NCBI GenBank assembly: GCA_964035545.1
Contig: OZ037766.1
Coordinates: 28,317,673 to 28,381,672, forward strand
Origin: Bugula neritina
Taxonomy: Eukaryota > Animalia > Bryozoa
Direction: 5' to 3'
DNA length: 64,000 nt
Position numbers and translations under genes: made by a program. This document shows, piece by piece, positions 31,772 through 46,900 of this stretch. How positions within the stretch are numbered: position 1 is the first letter of the stretch; each line of letters begins with the position of its first letter. The notes under the pieces were generated by a model. That model searched no databases. It was not told the DNA's origin and saw only the letters and a program-made list of their open reading frames with translations.

Positions 31772-33415
31772 GGATGTCAATGTAAGCAATTTAATTTATA
31801 TACAGGGCCTATATTATATTACTCAGGGTTCAATTGCAAAATGTAATATTATTATCATTTTTAAGCAATGCATATATTTTTGCAGGAGTCTGCAATGTGC
31901 AATGCAGCTGAGATATACTGTATAGAGATCTTTCAAGACACTGACTATAACAATCTATTTATTCTGAACCCTAAGAAGGGAGGAAACTCTGCACTGAAAC
32001 CTTAAAACTTACCCATAATGCAGCACTTTTAATAATAAGCACCTATAGCTGAATAGTCTATAGTGTATGCTATGTTAGTTGCTTTTTTGTCAATTTACTT
32101 ATTTGAGGTTATGTATTTTATGTTTTTGAGATTTACTTGCTTTCCAGCAATAAAATCTTTTGTTGTGGTTCATAGTGGTGATTATGATTTATTTTATATA
32201 TAACACCTACACAAGATATTTTTAAGTTTGATCTGACAAAGTTGATGCACGTTAAGCAGTAGAAAATAAGATTTATTAGCATAATAGCTATCAAAATGTT
32301 GATAACAAACTGATCAGAAATGCTATGTCATTGAATGTGAAATTTGCAGAACAGTGAAACATATTATAGTTGCTATAATTAGAAAGCACTAATTTTAAAC
32401 TACTCCAGGCATCCATGTGCAAGTAAAGCAAAGTAGCAGACCTGCAGTTTGAACAACACAGATACAAAGTTAATACACTCTATAGTATAAATAGCTGTGT
32501 TTAACAAAAAACTGGTTTCCCTGGCATTTATTACTAACACACAATTTAGGCAAGATTTATTGCCTTCATAATTATGTTATATAGTAATTTTATAAAACCA
32601 ATTATGCATATTTTGAATTGTTGGTTTCAAAACTAGTATGGAGTTGGGAAAATTTCACTAAGATTGTCTTGGCAGAAAATTATAATTATTAAAGTTTACT
32701 TGGCACCTTGAGAACATGGTTATGGCAAAGTTCCATCAGCTAAAATCTCCTAAATAAAAGGAGATGCCATATATAGGGATTATATACATGGCATATTATG
32801 TAATATGCTTCTAGCAGCAACATAATATCACAAATAAACTTTTCTTTACTAATTATTATTACCACTGTGTAAAGCCAATATTCCCAATAGTTACAATTTT
32901 TCCTATATTTATATGTCTATAGCATGTAAATAGAATACTGACATGCAGTATATAGCAGGTATATGGCTATATACAATATACATGACACTTGACCCAATTG
33001 CTATAGATGCATATATTATTCTGTGATTTGTGGTTTTGTTTTGAGTATCTTTTTTCAGTCGGGTTGCTTTAAATATAAAGATAATAATTTATCCATTCAC
33101 TGTTGAGGATTCTTTTGTTTTATACATTTTTTACAACAAACAGAAACTAGAAACAATGATGAAAAAGTGCGTGAAAAGACAACTCTTCATTAAAATAATT
33201 AATCTAACTTTAATGATAGTTGACAAGATATTACATCATCACAACTTGCGAAGAAAAGTCCAAGTTTTAATTTCAGAAAAGAATTTGTTAACTCTTGATT
33301 GGAATGCATGAACAATCAGTGAAGCCATTTCTTTCAACAAATAAAATATTATAGTCTTCACTGTTTGAATGTTTGGCTTGTTATACAGCTGCTATCATCA
33401 AACTGCTAATTAAAT

Positions 33416-34289
33416 ATGTTTTCTAATACATGGAATATCTATTGGACAATAGCTACAGCTATTATGATGTTGGATGTGGGATATAGGAATGGATTACTCC
33501 CGATTATATGGTGGATCATCAAACTACTATTGCCTGCTGTTGTTAAAGTTATCTTTGTGACTGTATCAGCTTATCTACTGCTTGTGTAAGCATTACATTT
33601 CAACTGTGTATAATAATTTCCCTGTCGAATAATATGTAACCATTTGTAAGTGTCTACACATTTACAATTAGTCAACTTAAATATATATTATGTATTGTTT
33701 TGTTCTCTAATGACTTTTTAGGAATTTTTGTCTTTTGCCTTCAAAAAAGCTTGATTCAATGTTTCATCATAAATTACAGACCTGCAACTTTAAAAAACCA
33801 TACATTAAATGATGATGATGAAAGTATGGCAGAGGAAAATGAGGAAAATCAATCAAGTGCAACCGGACTTTCAGAAAAACGTCAGAAGGAGCTCTTGGGG
33901 CCCTCTTCAGTTTCACAGTGTAAAGCAGCTGACCTAAAGGAAAACAGACAAGAAAAGGGTGAGATAACATATTATATCATATACATTACAATATAGTGTG
34001 TGTATCACTTTTTGTCCAATCACTACTCTATTACACTCTCTTTCTATTTATTATAGAATCAGTGGTATTTATAAGATATATTAGAGAATTAATTATGAAA
34101 TCAGCCACTGTATAGGTTCATTACTTTAATCTCCAACGCCATAACTGCTCTGGTAAACAATGTTCAAGTATATACATAATCTTTTTAGCTGAAGAAGTTG
34201 TTTTTCCAAAGCACATTAAGATTCTCTCTATAAAAGAGAGGAAGCTGCTGCTAGCAAAGCATCTGAACTTAAACTCCAGAATGGGTTAA
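33416..34289 (+). CDS. Orphan small membrane protein, tandem copy 2 (~149 aa)
   Basis: Exons 33416-33585, 33780-33958, 34189-34289; same architecture, ends LSIKERKLLLAKHLNLNSRMG*. Confidence 0.7.
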
Positions 34290-36060
34290 GGATGCCAAAG
34301 TAAGAAATTTAATTTATATACACGGTCTATTATATTACCCAGATTCGAACTGCATGCATGTTAAACGCATCTTTTTAAATTTATTGCGACTTTATTTGAA
34401 TGTTGTTTTGCTGCAAAAATGCTGGTCATTATTTTGGGATGCTTCACATGCTTCACAAATTGCTTGCAGTTTTCATTAACTTTTTAAATTTAACAATTAT
34501 AACTCATTTTTTACAAGATCAATATTGTTTCTAAGTAATGCACATGCTATTGCAGGAGTCTACAATGTGCAGGTGATGTTGGTTCAGAACACTGACTAAA
34601 ACAACTGATTGATGCTATGAACCTTATGAAGGGAAGAAAACTCTCCACTGAAAGTCTATGCTTACCCACAATGCAACACTCCTATTGTTTAGCACCTAGC
34701 TGAGCATTTTATAGTGTATGCTATTTTTATTGCTTTCTTTTGGCAATTTACTTGTTTGAGGTTATATTATATGTTATATGTTTTTTGAGTTATAATTTCT
34801 TTTTAGCAATACATATTTTATTGTGGTTCATAGTGGTGCCTTTTGATTTATTTTATATTTAATGGCTGCAGAAGAGGACATTTTCAAGTTTAATCTGACA
34901 ATGAGCAGATGCGTATCAAATGATAAATAAATACATTTGTGCACATCATAGCTATTACAATGTTGATAGGAAACTGATCAAAATTGCAAAGTTTTTCCAT
35001 CTAAAAACTGCAAAACAATAAAGCTTTTGCATGGATAAAAGAACAAATTTTAGCCATTTCAGACATTCAGGTTATAGAACAAAGCAGCAGACATGCAGAT
35101 AAGACAAAACAGAATGTATCATATGAAGGTGATATACAGTGTATTTTCTAACCATGTTAAATAACTTAGTCAAAAAACAGTTTCTCTGGCATTTTATCAA
35201 CAGACGATGTAAGTGAGATTTATTACTTACATATTATAGTAATTTTATAAAACCAGTTATGCGCATATTTTAAAGTTCAAGTTTAAATGCCTATATATCG
35301 AAAATTGCAAAGACTTTATTAAAGTTACCCTGGCGTGAAATTATAATAGCTATAAAGTTTAGTTGGCACTGTGAAGACTCAATTATGACTAAATTTATAT
35401 CAGCTAAACTCTCTATAAAAGTCGCTCTATATGACTTTGACTTAGGTAGAGTGCTACAAGCAGCAATTTGGCATCACAAATTACACATTTATTTATATGG
35501 TAGTTATTAATATTGCGTAAAGCAAATATTCCCAATGGGCGCTTGTTACTTTTTATTTATGTAAATAGATGCTAAAAATGCCGTGGCAGGTACATAGCTA
35601 AACATGGCGCATGACACTTTCTAAAGATACATATATAAATTATTGAGAATATTTTGATGTTGCTTGGAATATCTTTGTTTTGATTGAGCTGCATTCAATA
35701 TAAAAAATACTTTAACCATTCACTGTTAATAGTCTTTTTTTTTTAAAAAAAAATTTTGCAGCAAACAGAAACTGGAAACAGTAATTGTGAAAGAATGCAT
35801 GAAAAGACAACTCTTTATTAAAACAATTGAACCTGTTTTTGTCTTTAATAAATAATGTAACTTAAATGGTAGTTGAAAAGATTGCATCATCACAGCTTGT
35901 GTAAAATATTTCTAATTTCAGAAAAGAATTTGTTAACTCCTGATTGGAATGCATGAACAATCAGTGAAGCCATCTCTTTCAGCAAATAAAATATTAAAGT
36001 CTTCACTGTTTGAATGTTTGGCTCGTTATACAGCTGCTATCATCAAACTGCTAATCAAAT

Positions 36061-36936
36061 ATGTTTTCTAATACATGGAATATTTATTGGACAATAGCTA
36101 CAGCTATTATGATGTTGGATGTTGGATATAGGAATGGATTACTCCCGATTATGTGGTGGATCATCAAACTACTATTGCCTGCTGTTGTTAAAGTTATCTT
36201 TGTGACTGTATCAGCTTATCTCCTGCTTGTGTAAGCATTACATTTCAACTGTGTATAATAATTTCCCTGTCAAATAATATGTAACCATTTGTAAGTGTCT
36301 ACACATTTACAATTGGTCGCAATTTAAATATATTATGTATTGTTTTGTTCTCTAATAATTTTTTTAGGAATTTTTGTCTTTTGCCTTCGAAAAAACTTGA
36401 TTCAATGTTTCATGATAAATTACAGACCTGCAACTTTGAAAAACCATACGTTAAATGATGATGATGACAGTATAACAGAGGAAAAGGAGGAAAATCAATT
36501 AAGTGCAACCGCACTTTCAGAAAAACGTCAAAAGGAGCTCTTGGGACCCTCTTCAGTTTCACAGTGTAAAGCAGGTGACCTAAAAGAAATCAAACAAGAA
36601 AAGGGTGAGATAACATATTATATCATATACATTACAATATAGTGTGTGTATCACTTTTTGTCCAATCACTACTCTATTACACTCTCTTTCTATTTATTAT
36701 AGAATCAGTGGTATTTATAAAATATATTAGATAATTAATTATAAATACCAGCCACTGTATAGGTTCATTACTTTAATCTCCAACGCCATAACTGCTCTGG
36801 TAAACAATGTTCAAGTATATACATAATCTTTTTAGCTGAAGAAGTTGTTTTTCCAAAGCACATTAAGATTCTCTCTATAAAAGAGAGGAAGTTGCTGCTA
36901 GCAAAGCATCTGAACTTAAACTCCAGAATGGGTTAA
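36061..36936 (+). CDS. Orphan small membrane protein, tandem copy 3 (~149 aa)
   Basis: Exons 36061-36230, 36426-36604, 36836-36936; nearly identical to copy 2. Confidence 0.7.
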
Positions 36937-39900
36937 GGATGCCAAAGTAAGAAATTTAATTTATATACAGGGTCCATTATATTACCCAGATTTGAACTGC
37001 ATGCATGTTAAATGCATCTTTTGAATTTATTGTGACTTTATTTGAATGTTGTTAAAATATTTTGCTGCAAAAATGCTGATCATTATTTTGAGATGTTTCA
37101 CATGCTTCACAAATTGCTTGCAGTTTTTATTAACTTATTGAATCTAACAATTATAACTCATTTTTTATTAGATCAATATTGTTTCTCAGTAATACATATG
37201 CTATTGCAGGAGTTTACAATGTGCAGGGGATGTTGGTTCAGAACACTGACTAAAACAACTGATGAAAGCTGAACCTTATATAAGAAGGGAAGACAACTCC
37301 CCACTGAAAGTCTATTCTTACCCACAATGCAACACTCCTATTGTTTAGCACCTAGCTGAGCATTTTATAGTGTATGCTATTTTTATTGCTTTCTTTTGGC
37401 AATTCACTTGTTTGAGGTTATATTATATATGTTATATGTTTTTGTGATGCATTTGCTTTCTAGCAATAAATATTTTTTTGTGGTTAATAGCAATTTATAT
37501 TTTATATATGATGCCTGCACAATGTTTTATACCAACTTTACTTTGACATTCTCTATTAATATCAAATTGATTTTAGATTCATACGCATTATACCTACTTA
37601 AACCAATTGATAGCAAACACTCTGTTCTTGAGTCTAAATTAATATACAAAAAACTGAAGCATAGTAAGTTGCCAAAATATCAAAGTTGCCTACATTACAG
37701 ACATGCAGGTAAAACTAGGTGGTATATAACATTTCAGATATATGCCGGTGATACAATGTAGAACATAAATAGTCAATGGCTAGCCTTGTAAAAAAATTTC
37801 AGCAAAAGAAAATGTTTCCCTGGCATTTTATCAACAAACTCTGTTTGCAAGATTTATTAACGTAATTATAAAATTAATGATGCGCGTTTTAAAATAATAA
37901 TTGAACGCCTATTGAAAAAAATTCCAAAATTTTACTAAAATTACTTTGGCATGAAGATACAATGGTTAGGATTTACTTGGCACCTTGAAAACATAATTAT
38001 GGCAAAATTGTATCAGCTAAAAGCTCTAAAGCACCTTATAGATATATGTGACAAAGTAAAATGCTTCTAATATACCACTAACAGATGGCATGCCACAAAA
38101 TAAACTCTTCTTTGCTAATTAATAATACTGTGCAGGTTGAAAATTCCCAAAGCTACGCGTTGCTTTATATATTTATAGCATATAAGTAAATGTTGACACG
38201 CTGTGGCAGGTACATGGCTAAACATGACTCTTGACACTTGCTATAGATCCATATATTAATTCGTGAATTGTGTTACTGTTTACAGTATAATTATCGTCTT
38301 TTAGCTGAGCTGCTTTTATTATAAATTGAGTACTTTATTTATTTATTGGTTGTTGATAAGTACTTGTTTACAGTTCCTAAATTTGTAAATAGAAACACCA
38401 ATGATAAATTGTTGTAAAAAGAGAAGACGATTTTTCAAAATAATGAAATATTGCTAATGGAAATTCCACACAGGTGGACAATTTGGCAGTGTGTGTTAAT
38501 TTCATATCTTAAAAATGCTGAAACACACGATATAATTGGCTAGATATTATTTAGCACTGCATGTTACTTTTCGTGTTTCAATTTCATGTTTTTACTTTTT
38601 AGCAATTTAGTTATTTCGTTGAATTTTCCGCTTTCGTTACAGTATATAACACAGATGGAACAGGCGGCAAGGCAATCAATGTAACCATGGAAACAAAGCA
38701 GCAAGCAGTAAAGTTAATGCAGATATCATTAGCTAGTAAACTTTTGCTTCTACTGACAATGCATTGTGTGTGGCAGGTACCCCATGCGTTGGATCTCAAC
38801 ACCATATCTTGCAACTGAAGGAAAAACTGAATTTCCCTCAGGACAATTGAGTAGCAAGGAAGCTTGCAACTCACTGCTATTAGGTCTAGTTTTTCTTTAC
38901 CTCAAGTTTTCATCTAACTAGTTTCTTTGCTATGATTGGCTGATATAAATAGCCTACACAGGCAATGCCTATTATTGGTTAGAAATCTTTGAACAGCCAC
39001 GGGTTTGAAAGCCACTTGAGTGACATTATACAAGTGGTAATAAAGTGTTAAATATTACTAGTAATATTTTATTAGCCTGTAAATAAACTAAGAATTGAGA
39101 ATTTTTTATCAGTCTCTCGGATTTATTGTATATAACACCAATTTCTTATTGGTGATATTTTAAAATTTAAAACATATTATATCAATTGATATAATTTGCA
39201 TACTTGAAAAAAACTGGTCTTATGTTATATTGTATAATCAACAAGAGACACGATGTATATAGTTAATTTGAATAGTACTAAAGCTTGCACAGCTGTTTTG
39301 TAAACTAATTACTTATTTTCTAAGGTTTTAATCAACTACATTAATTTTAATTGTGAGTATAATAGATTCAAACACTATAAACAGCCATTATATGAAATAA
39401 ATGAACCAAGCATATATTGGTATTTGTATAATCTAGTTAGACCGACCTGACTAAAGGCATGCATCAAGTCAAGTTAAGTACTATTTTGAGGTACGCTCCT
39501 CAGTTTTAAAGTACTTTACTTGAAGTAATGATTAAATAACTCTTACAGCTTCATCAAAAATAAATAACAAGCAGTTTTACTTACTAGTCTACCTATAATA
39601 TAAAGTAGTAGATTTGCTGCAAAATTTATTTCGTTTATCTATATAGATTAGTAAATAAAAATTTATTTCAACGAATCATTGGTATATTAAATAATTTGCC
39701 TACATTGATACTAGATATAATGCAGTATTACTTTGAATGTGTCAGTGTGGAGAGACAAGTGTCAGTTTGAGTATATGTATCATCAACTTTGTTTATATAA
39801 CTTTTTTTCTCAAAAAATACTATTTTGTTCTAAACAGATGCAATCTATAGCATGATGTTATATTTAAAAACTTATATCTAATTATATTTTGCAATGTCAT

Positions 39901-40901
39901 GACAATACGATATATCAGAATATCTGGCGCGTATACACCAAGTATTGTGTATATTTATGTTTATAGTTGTGGCACGCATTAATCAAAGCAATAAAAAACT
40001 AAAATTTTGCAGATTGTATCTGTAGAATATTTGCATTCTATTGTATCTTAATAAGGCTAATATAAAAATATAAAATAATGTAGCAATTATATTCCTACAA
40101 ATCAGAATATTGAAGTTACAATACCAACAGTAAATAATTCTGACCGAATTTTATGTGATATATTTTGCAGATAGTGTCTATAATAGACAAACTAATTGTT
40201 TTTCTGACAGGGCTTTGCATGTCAATCATAATGAATCATGATGCCATATAAATTCAAGACAGCATATGGCAATGCTGCATGTGTACCATATATATCTTTG
40301 AATAAATGAAATATAGTTTCATATATAGTTACAAAATTCCATACAGTTAAAGACACTATAAAAGCTAACATAGGTATATCTGTAAAACTAAAACTCCTGT
40401 GACATGCAACTCCATAGTACAATTCAGTTGCAAACAGACTAAAGATGTACAGGAAAAGATTCCTTCACGCCTCATTGCTATTATTCTAGTAGTGTCATGC
40501 CTAAGTAAACAAGGATCAGTGTTTTTCTATAACTATATTATTCTGTGCCTTCGTTGAAGCTTCAGGTGACAGTATTTTTATTACAAAACAAGAATACTGA
40601 TTGGTGAATGATTTTATAGCTGCCCGGGCTGGTACAGCTTACGTTTTATGATTGTCTGCTTTTAACCGTGTTATTGGTTATGTGGGTCATGCTTCAGTAG
40701 CTTCAAAAATTTCCTCATTTCTCTTTTTCTAATCAGAGTATTTGTCATTTTGCTATCAGCGCGCACTTGTCACGCTTGTTGTCTGAGGGAGTAGGGTTAA
40801 CTTTAGTATCAGCCAATATTCACCAGAGGTAAGCAGTAATATTTACAGTTTTTTAATGCTCCACATATAATTCCTACTATATAGAATCTAGTTTCAGCAT
40901 T

Positions 40902-43900
40902 ATGTCAGGGCAAAGTTTATTCCAGACCCAACTTGCTAACCACAGCACAACTAGTACTACACTGGTTCAGCAGGTGCGGTGTCGTAACGTAGTGACAACT
41001 TTGTGTTTTTGATTATTTTGATAAGCTGAAGCTTTTCACGGTTTTAGTTGCTGTGTTCCAGTTGTTCACTGAATTCAATAGTTTTTACACTTTACCCTAC
41101 GACATTTGCATTTAGTATTACGGTTGATTACCACGTATGCTGGAGTTAAAAATAATGATTGTATGTGTTGTCAATGGTATAGTTATGACATAACTATATG
41201 TTATGATCGTAGCTTTCTATCAAATTTTGAAAGTGATTCACAGTACAATTGCTTGATGGTTTAGGTTGCAATAAACCGAAAGTTTTCTTATTTAAGCTAT
41301 AATAATTTTCCCATCAACAACATAATATACACCTTTCTATGACAGTCATTCCTAGCATCTTGCATAGTGACTTCATAATTATAAATATGCAGGTAGACAG
41401 ACGCTGGTACAACTTACGTTTTCAGTCATTTTCTAATGATAACATTTACACTCTAGTTTAGTGCCACATAACTACACATTATATCAATATGAGTTACATG
41501 GGAATGCCTATCTTCAATACTATACAAGTATAAGCATGTTGAAATTTGACTGATTAGTTGATGCGAATTTATAATCAGCATTGAATGTATCTAGGACAGG
41601 AGTAAACAAGGTCAAGTTAAGGCAATTGAATCATTATGATGATGAAATCCGAAATTTATTCTTTTGTTATCCCCCTAGATCAATGTAGGCATAACAAATT
41701 TTGATAATAGATCTCAAGTATACAACGCAAATTGTTTTGGATAAACTTTTCAATAGCTTTCGACAGTATTTTTCTATTTAGCATTGCATATATAAATCAG
41801 ACTGTACGCGCTGCTAATAATGATAAGGGCATTGTTATAATGCAGTATGCTGTAAAATAATTATATTGCAATGCATGCCGGCTACCTGATGTTTAGTTTT
41901 CATTTCAATAGATATGAGGATGTTGCTCAAAGAGATAAGAAGCAGCCAGATATTCTGTATGATATCGAATAATTATTATGTTCTCTTATCAACAATTTCA
42001 TAATTGGAAAAAATATTTTTGTTCTGATTGACGTAAGCTATAGATAGCATTTGTTTACTAACATGTCAGGTGTTTGATATGATAAAAGGGGAGGGTATAT
42101 ACTTCTCCTGTATGGGTTTAGGTACTATGGCTATACTGCTTCTCCCCTGTGAGTTTCCAATGTTTATATTGCTTGGTTCACTACTTCAAAATCATCAGAA
42201 CTTTTCTAGCTCACATTGCTAAGGAGCTTGGGTAATAATAAACTGAGTTTTTAGATTAGCCTGTAATTGTGGTTAAGTGATTATTATTCAGGTTAACAGA
42301 AAGCATCTAAACAACTTCTAATAGGTGTATGAAATTTAAAAACATAAATTTCTACCTCAGCAGCAGTTGAAAATAACTTATTCTTTGGAAATGACACATC
42401 TGTTAGCCTAGGGCCACACTGTGCGTATTTTCGCATGCGAAAATTGAAATCACAAGTAGCAAAGGTGTCCACTGTACGCGTTGAGAAAACATTCGCGCTT
42501 GTCGCTCAGCATTCCCAACGCAAGTGCGAATCATCTCTGTCGTCATCACCTAATTGCCTAGTAGTTATTCAGCAAGCCCAATTTCTTCATTTTAGTGCTA
42601 CATTCCAGTAAATTGCGTTTTATTGAAAGCGAGTGCGGTTTAAAAATGAAAGCTTTATTTATCAAGCATCACTGACGCTACAGTGGACACCTTTGCTACT
42701 CGTGGTTTCAATTTGCACAGTGTGGCCCTAGGCTAAGTCTTTTAATCGCCTTGAAGCAGAAAATATTCCTAATACTGGTTAAAGCTGTTGTCTATCTTAT
42801 GAGAGTAGATATGGGTCGTAGTAACTCCTAAATCAGGTCAAGAACAACCAGATTATAAATTTTAAGTAAAAATACTACTCTAATAATCATAGTATCACCA
42901 GCAGTTTAGTCTTACCAGTATATATTACTACTCAAGGTGTATCACCTTTTACAATAGCCTTCCATTAGCATTACAATTAGCATTGATGCTTACCAATTTA
43001 TGCATCTTTCAAATTTATTGAATGTACTATTAAAATATTGTGAATTAGTGCAATAGGTAGAATGGGGCAGTCGTTGTACATGCTGCTGTTTTCTGTCAAA
43101 ATATACCTAGTCAAAGGCCTGAGAAACTGAGAATGGGTTTTTCAACAAAATTTATTTTCAACTGAAGGGCATTATTTATTAAAGGCCGTAAGCATCCAGG
43201 TTATTTATGACATTTGAGCAAAAGTTTGCATGCTTTTCAACTGTTTTATCAGCATTTTATCCAATTTCTTATACGAAAACACTACAAAAATGCAAGTAAA
43301 AGTGGTCATATTAGGTGTCTTAGACTTGCCCAGACTTGCCCGCGAGCTTGCCCTCCGTGTCCTATTCTGACGTGGGGATGGCAAAATAGCCCTATTGTAG
43401 CGTGAGTTTATATCGCGTAAAGTTATTAAGAAGCGGGTTTGTCACAGATTCTCGTTATTCGTAGCTCAAATCACATGCATGTTACTCTTCGGGCGGCTAC
43501 TAATAACTAACGTTAGCTACGCAACATCAAGAAAGGTAACTAATTTGACTGTTTTCAAATGGACTATTCCATTTCGCTAGTTTGTAACTTGCTGTAAATC
43601 ACAAAATAATTATTTTTCCTATTTTAATTTCAATTATCATGTCGACCACACTACCAGAAAATCACTCTTAAATATGCAGTAAATGATGATTTTCAACCGT
43701 TTTGTGATGAACTATAGGTTAGTAGTTGTCTACGTAAAAACAAGTTTTAAAATTTGTAATTGAATCAGTGAATCACAGTATCACTATCACTTATCAGTAT
43801 GAGTATCACTAGTCTATGTCTATGACTCTCACTCTAAGTCTATGACTATCGCCTATTAGTATTGGTGAACTATTATTAATAATATCCAATGGTTATATTT

Positions 43901-46900
43901 ATTAATACCATTATTAGTCATAATGATAATCATATGACAGTATCAGTATGTTAATGTTACGGAGCAGGATCAGTTTCGAAACTAATACTTGTAATATTAG
44001 TTATAACTATAAGTATAAGTTATACCGATAGCATTAGCTATATTAACATAAATATTTATATTCATAGTAATACTAACAGCAAATCTAATATTATTATGTT
44101 AATAGTTATACTTGTAAGTTATAATATAGAGCAAACGACACAAGTATTAATTTGAACTGTTGGTCTTAAAATAAAAAGTAAAATAAATGTAAATAATAAA
44201 ATATAAATTATAATAATTTAATTATACTAATACTAATAGCAATACTTATACAGTAATATAATTATAATAAATTTAAAAAAACTTAAACAACTTTAGATTT
44301 AAGGAACAATTTTAAATACAAACATAAAGATAACATTAAATAATTATAATCATAATGATCATAACAATAAATATAATTATGATTCCAATAATTATCAATA
44401 TATTATATAATATTTAAATTATTTTAATTTATAATTATAATCATAATTTTTTTATTTATAGTGAATAAATTCAATTTGACATAATAACTATAATATTATA
44501 AAGCAGTCAGTCTATCTCTAATGCTGATTGATATTCAAATTGTTATGACTGTATCATCATTCACTAACTCTAAGAGTAAGTGACTACAATTATTAGTATC
44601 AATGTTGTGTTAGAGTACTATACCCATTGGAATTTTGATATATCCATTATATTTACAACTCTGCCTGTTACAGCTATAAATAAATTGAACCAAAATACCA
44701 ACAGTGCCTAATCATCGCCTTATTTATAAAATAATCACAATCATAATGCTCAAGTTAATAGATTGGAAATTATTGAAAATTATGTTGATGCCAATATAAA
44801 TATGACATTGTATGTATCCAAGTAGTGATGTTGTAATATATCTTGGAAGATAATTACAATATAATAAGAGTTAAATTCCTCTACGTAACTTTTTTTGCAA
44901 TTATTCCTTAGAATAACTATAACTTATACTCCTAACATTTAGCAGCGCATTAGTTTTAGATAGAGCTACTAATTGTATTTATTGCATGTGAAGGTTAGTT
45001 ATTCTCCATCAGCTGCATGAATGTGACTGGTAAATTCTGTAACCTTTGGCAGTAATAACTTTGTAGCATAAATTAGACACATTTTTATAAAAATACATAA
45101 TTTTAATGCTATAGCTGCTAGTAATTCTAATGGGTGTAATAATATTACAGCATTAATTTTTATTTTGTTCATGCTTCATGAAGCATTTTCTAAATTCTTT
45201 TTTGAATAAATTTCTACAATACATATAATGTGCTGAATAGATTACATATGTTGGGGTTCTTCCTATACTGCAGCTCAGCCTACACTCCCGCCACAAATGT
45301 TCCTAAACTACTAGCTTCATCAGGATACGGATTGATGGAGCTGTATTGATAAAAACTTCTCTTTTTAGCAGTAGAGGCATCATGAAAAAAAAGGTAAGTA
45401 TTTTACTCAATAAGAATGCGGTTTTTTACTTCTACAAATTTGATAGCCTACACTATTCTATTTAAATGGAGACTGGTCTGACATAATGTGTCTGCAATTT
45501 ATTAGTTATAATATAGTAAATACTATGCGGGCCTATAGATCAAATGGCTCAAAAAAAAATTAAATAAAATATTACACAATGCTGTATTTATTAGCAATGT
45601 GATACTTAGCAACTAATTTCACATTATTATTGTTTGCAAAGTTTTATATATCTACATATGTTTGTTCAATTCAGTGTTCTGAAGAAGAAGGTTCCAACAG
45701 CAGGGAAAAGCCTTGAACAAGATATTATGTTCTACATCTCCAACTCATTTTAACTTTGCTGGTCAGTTCATTGTGTATCTGGAGCATAGTTTTGTATTTT
45801 CAAGTAGTTCATCAGATACCTTTGTAGATAGTAAAGATTAAAATGTTTGTGCAATGATGTCCATAATGTTGAACTGATTTATTGAAACTAAAACTGTTCT
45901 TAATTATAACAAAACTTGACAATCTTTACATAAAGAATAATGTCCTATAATCTATCTTCATTGTAAACAAAATTAGAAAGTTCCACATCAGCAAATTGTT
46001 TATCATCATCTGTAGGTGGAAGAAGCTTGCACTCAGTTATAAAGGCAAGCTGACGGTGGTTTTCTTTGCCTTCTATGAAGATTTGGAAAGAGCCAGAAAA
46101 TTAATACTCTATAACTGCAAAACCATGTTGTAGTGTCTTGTGTTATTGATTGAATCATCTAAAAGAAAAATTGTTGTATCATTATAATTTTACTGTTAAA
46201 ATGAATTAGCAAATCTACTTATCTTGGTAAATATATTCAAGAACAAATACTATAGTGTAACTCAGTTTTGGTTATGTGTATGCTCCTTAAGCGAATTTAC
46301 AGCAGATATCAAACTATATATTAGAGACTGATATAGGAATTAAATTTAAGCTAACCATGATGATGTAAATAGCTGTTGAATGTGACTTCGAGAACTCTGC
46401 TGGCCATGTCAGTTCAAATACACCAGGGTGATATGTTACGAATGTCATGTCATTATTGAAATTCAGCTTTTTCAAGTGCCTCTTCACAACTCTGGCAGCA
46501 TTCTGACTGCTCCTTAGCTTTCTGCGCCTGAAATTTCTTCTACTTGCACCATTCTTCTATTGGTGGAATGTTAGCCTATAACAAACAGGTGTACCAAAGC
46601 TAAAAAATATCTAATTCACTGCACTAGGATATTATTCAACTCATTTAAATTTAATATATAGTAGTAAAACAATCACATACTTGTATTTATTTTATCAGCT
46701 TTACTTTACAAAGCTGAACCATATGATTTAGTAACTTGTCACCATAATAAACATTGTACAACATACAAGTTGAAAACCTGATGTGATTGCTTTTTTAATA
46801 GAATATACATCACAAACATGTTACTTTGATAAGCGTGTTCATAATAAAAGTATTAAACCAGTTTGAAAAAAATTATTTTGTTATGTAATGGATCACAAAA

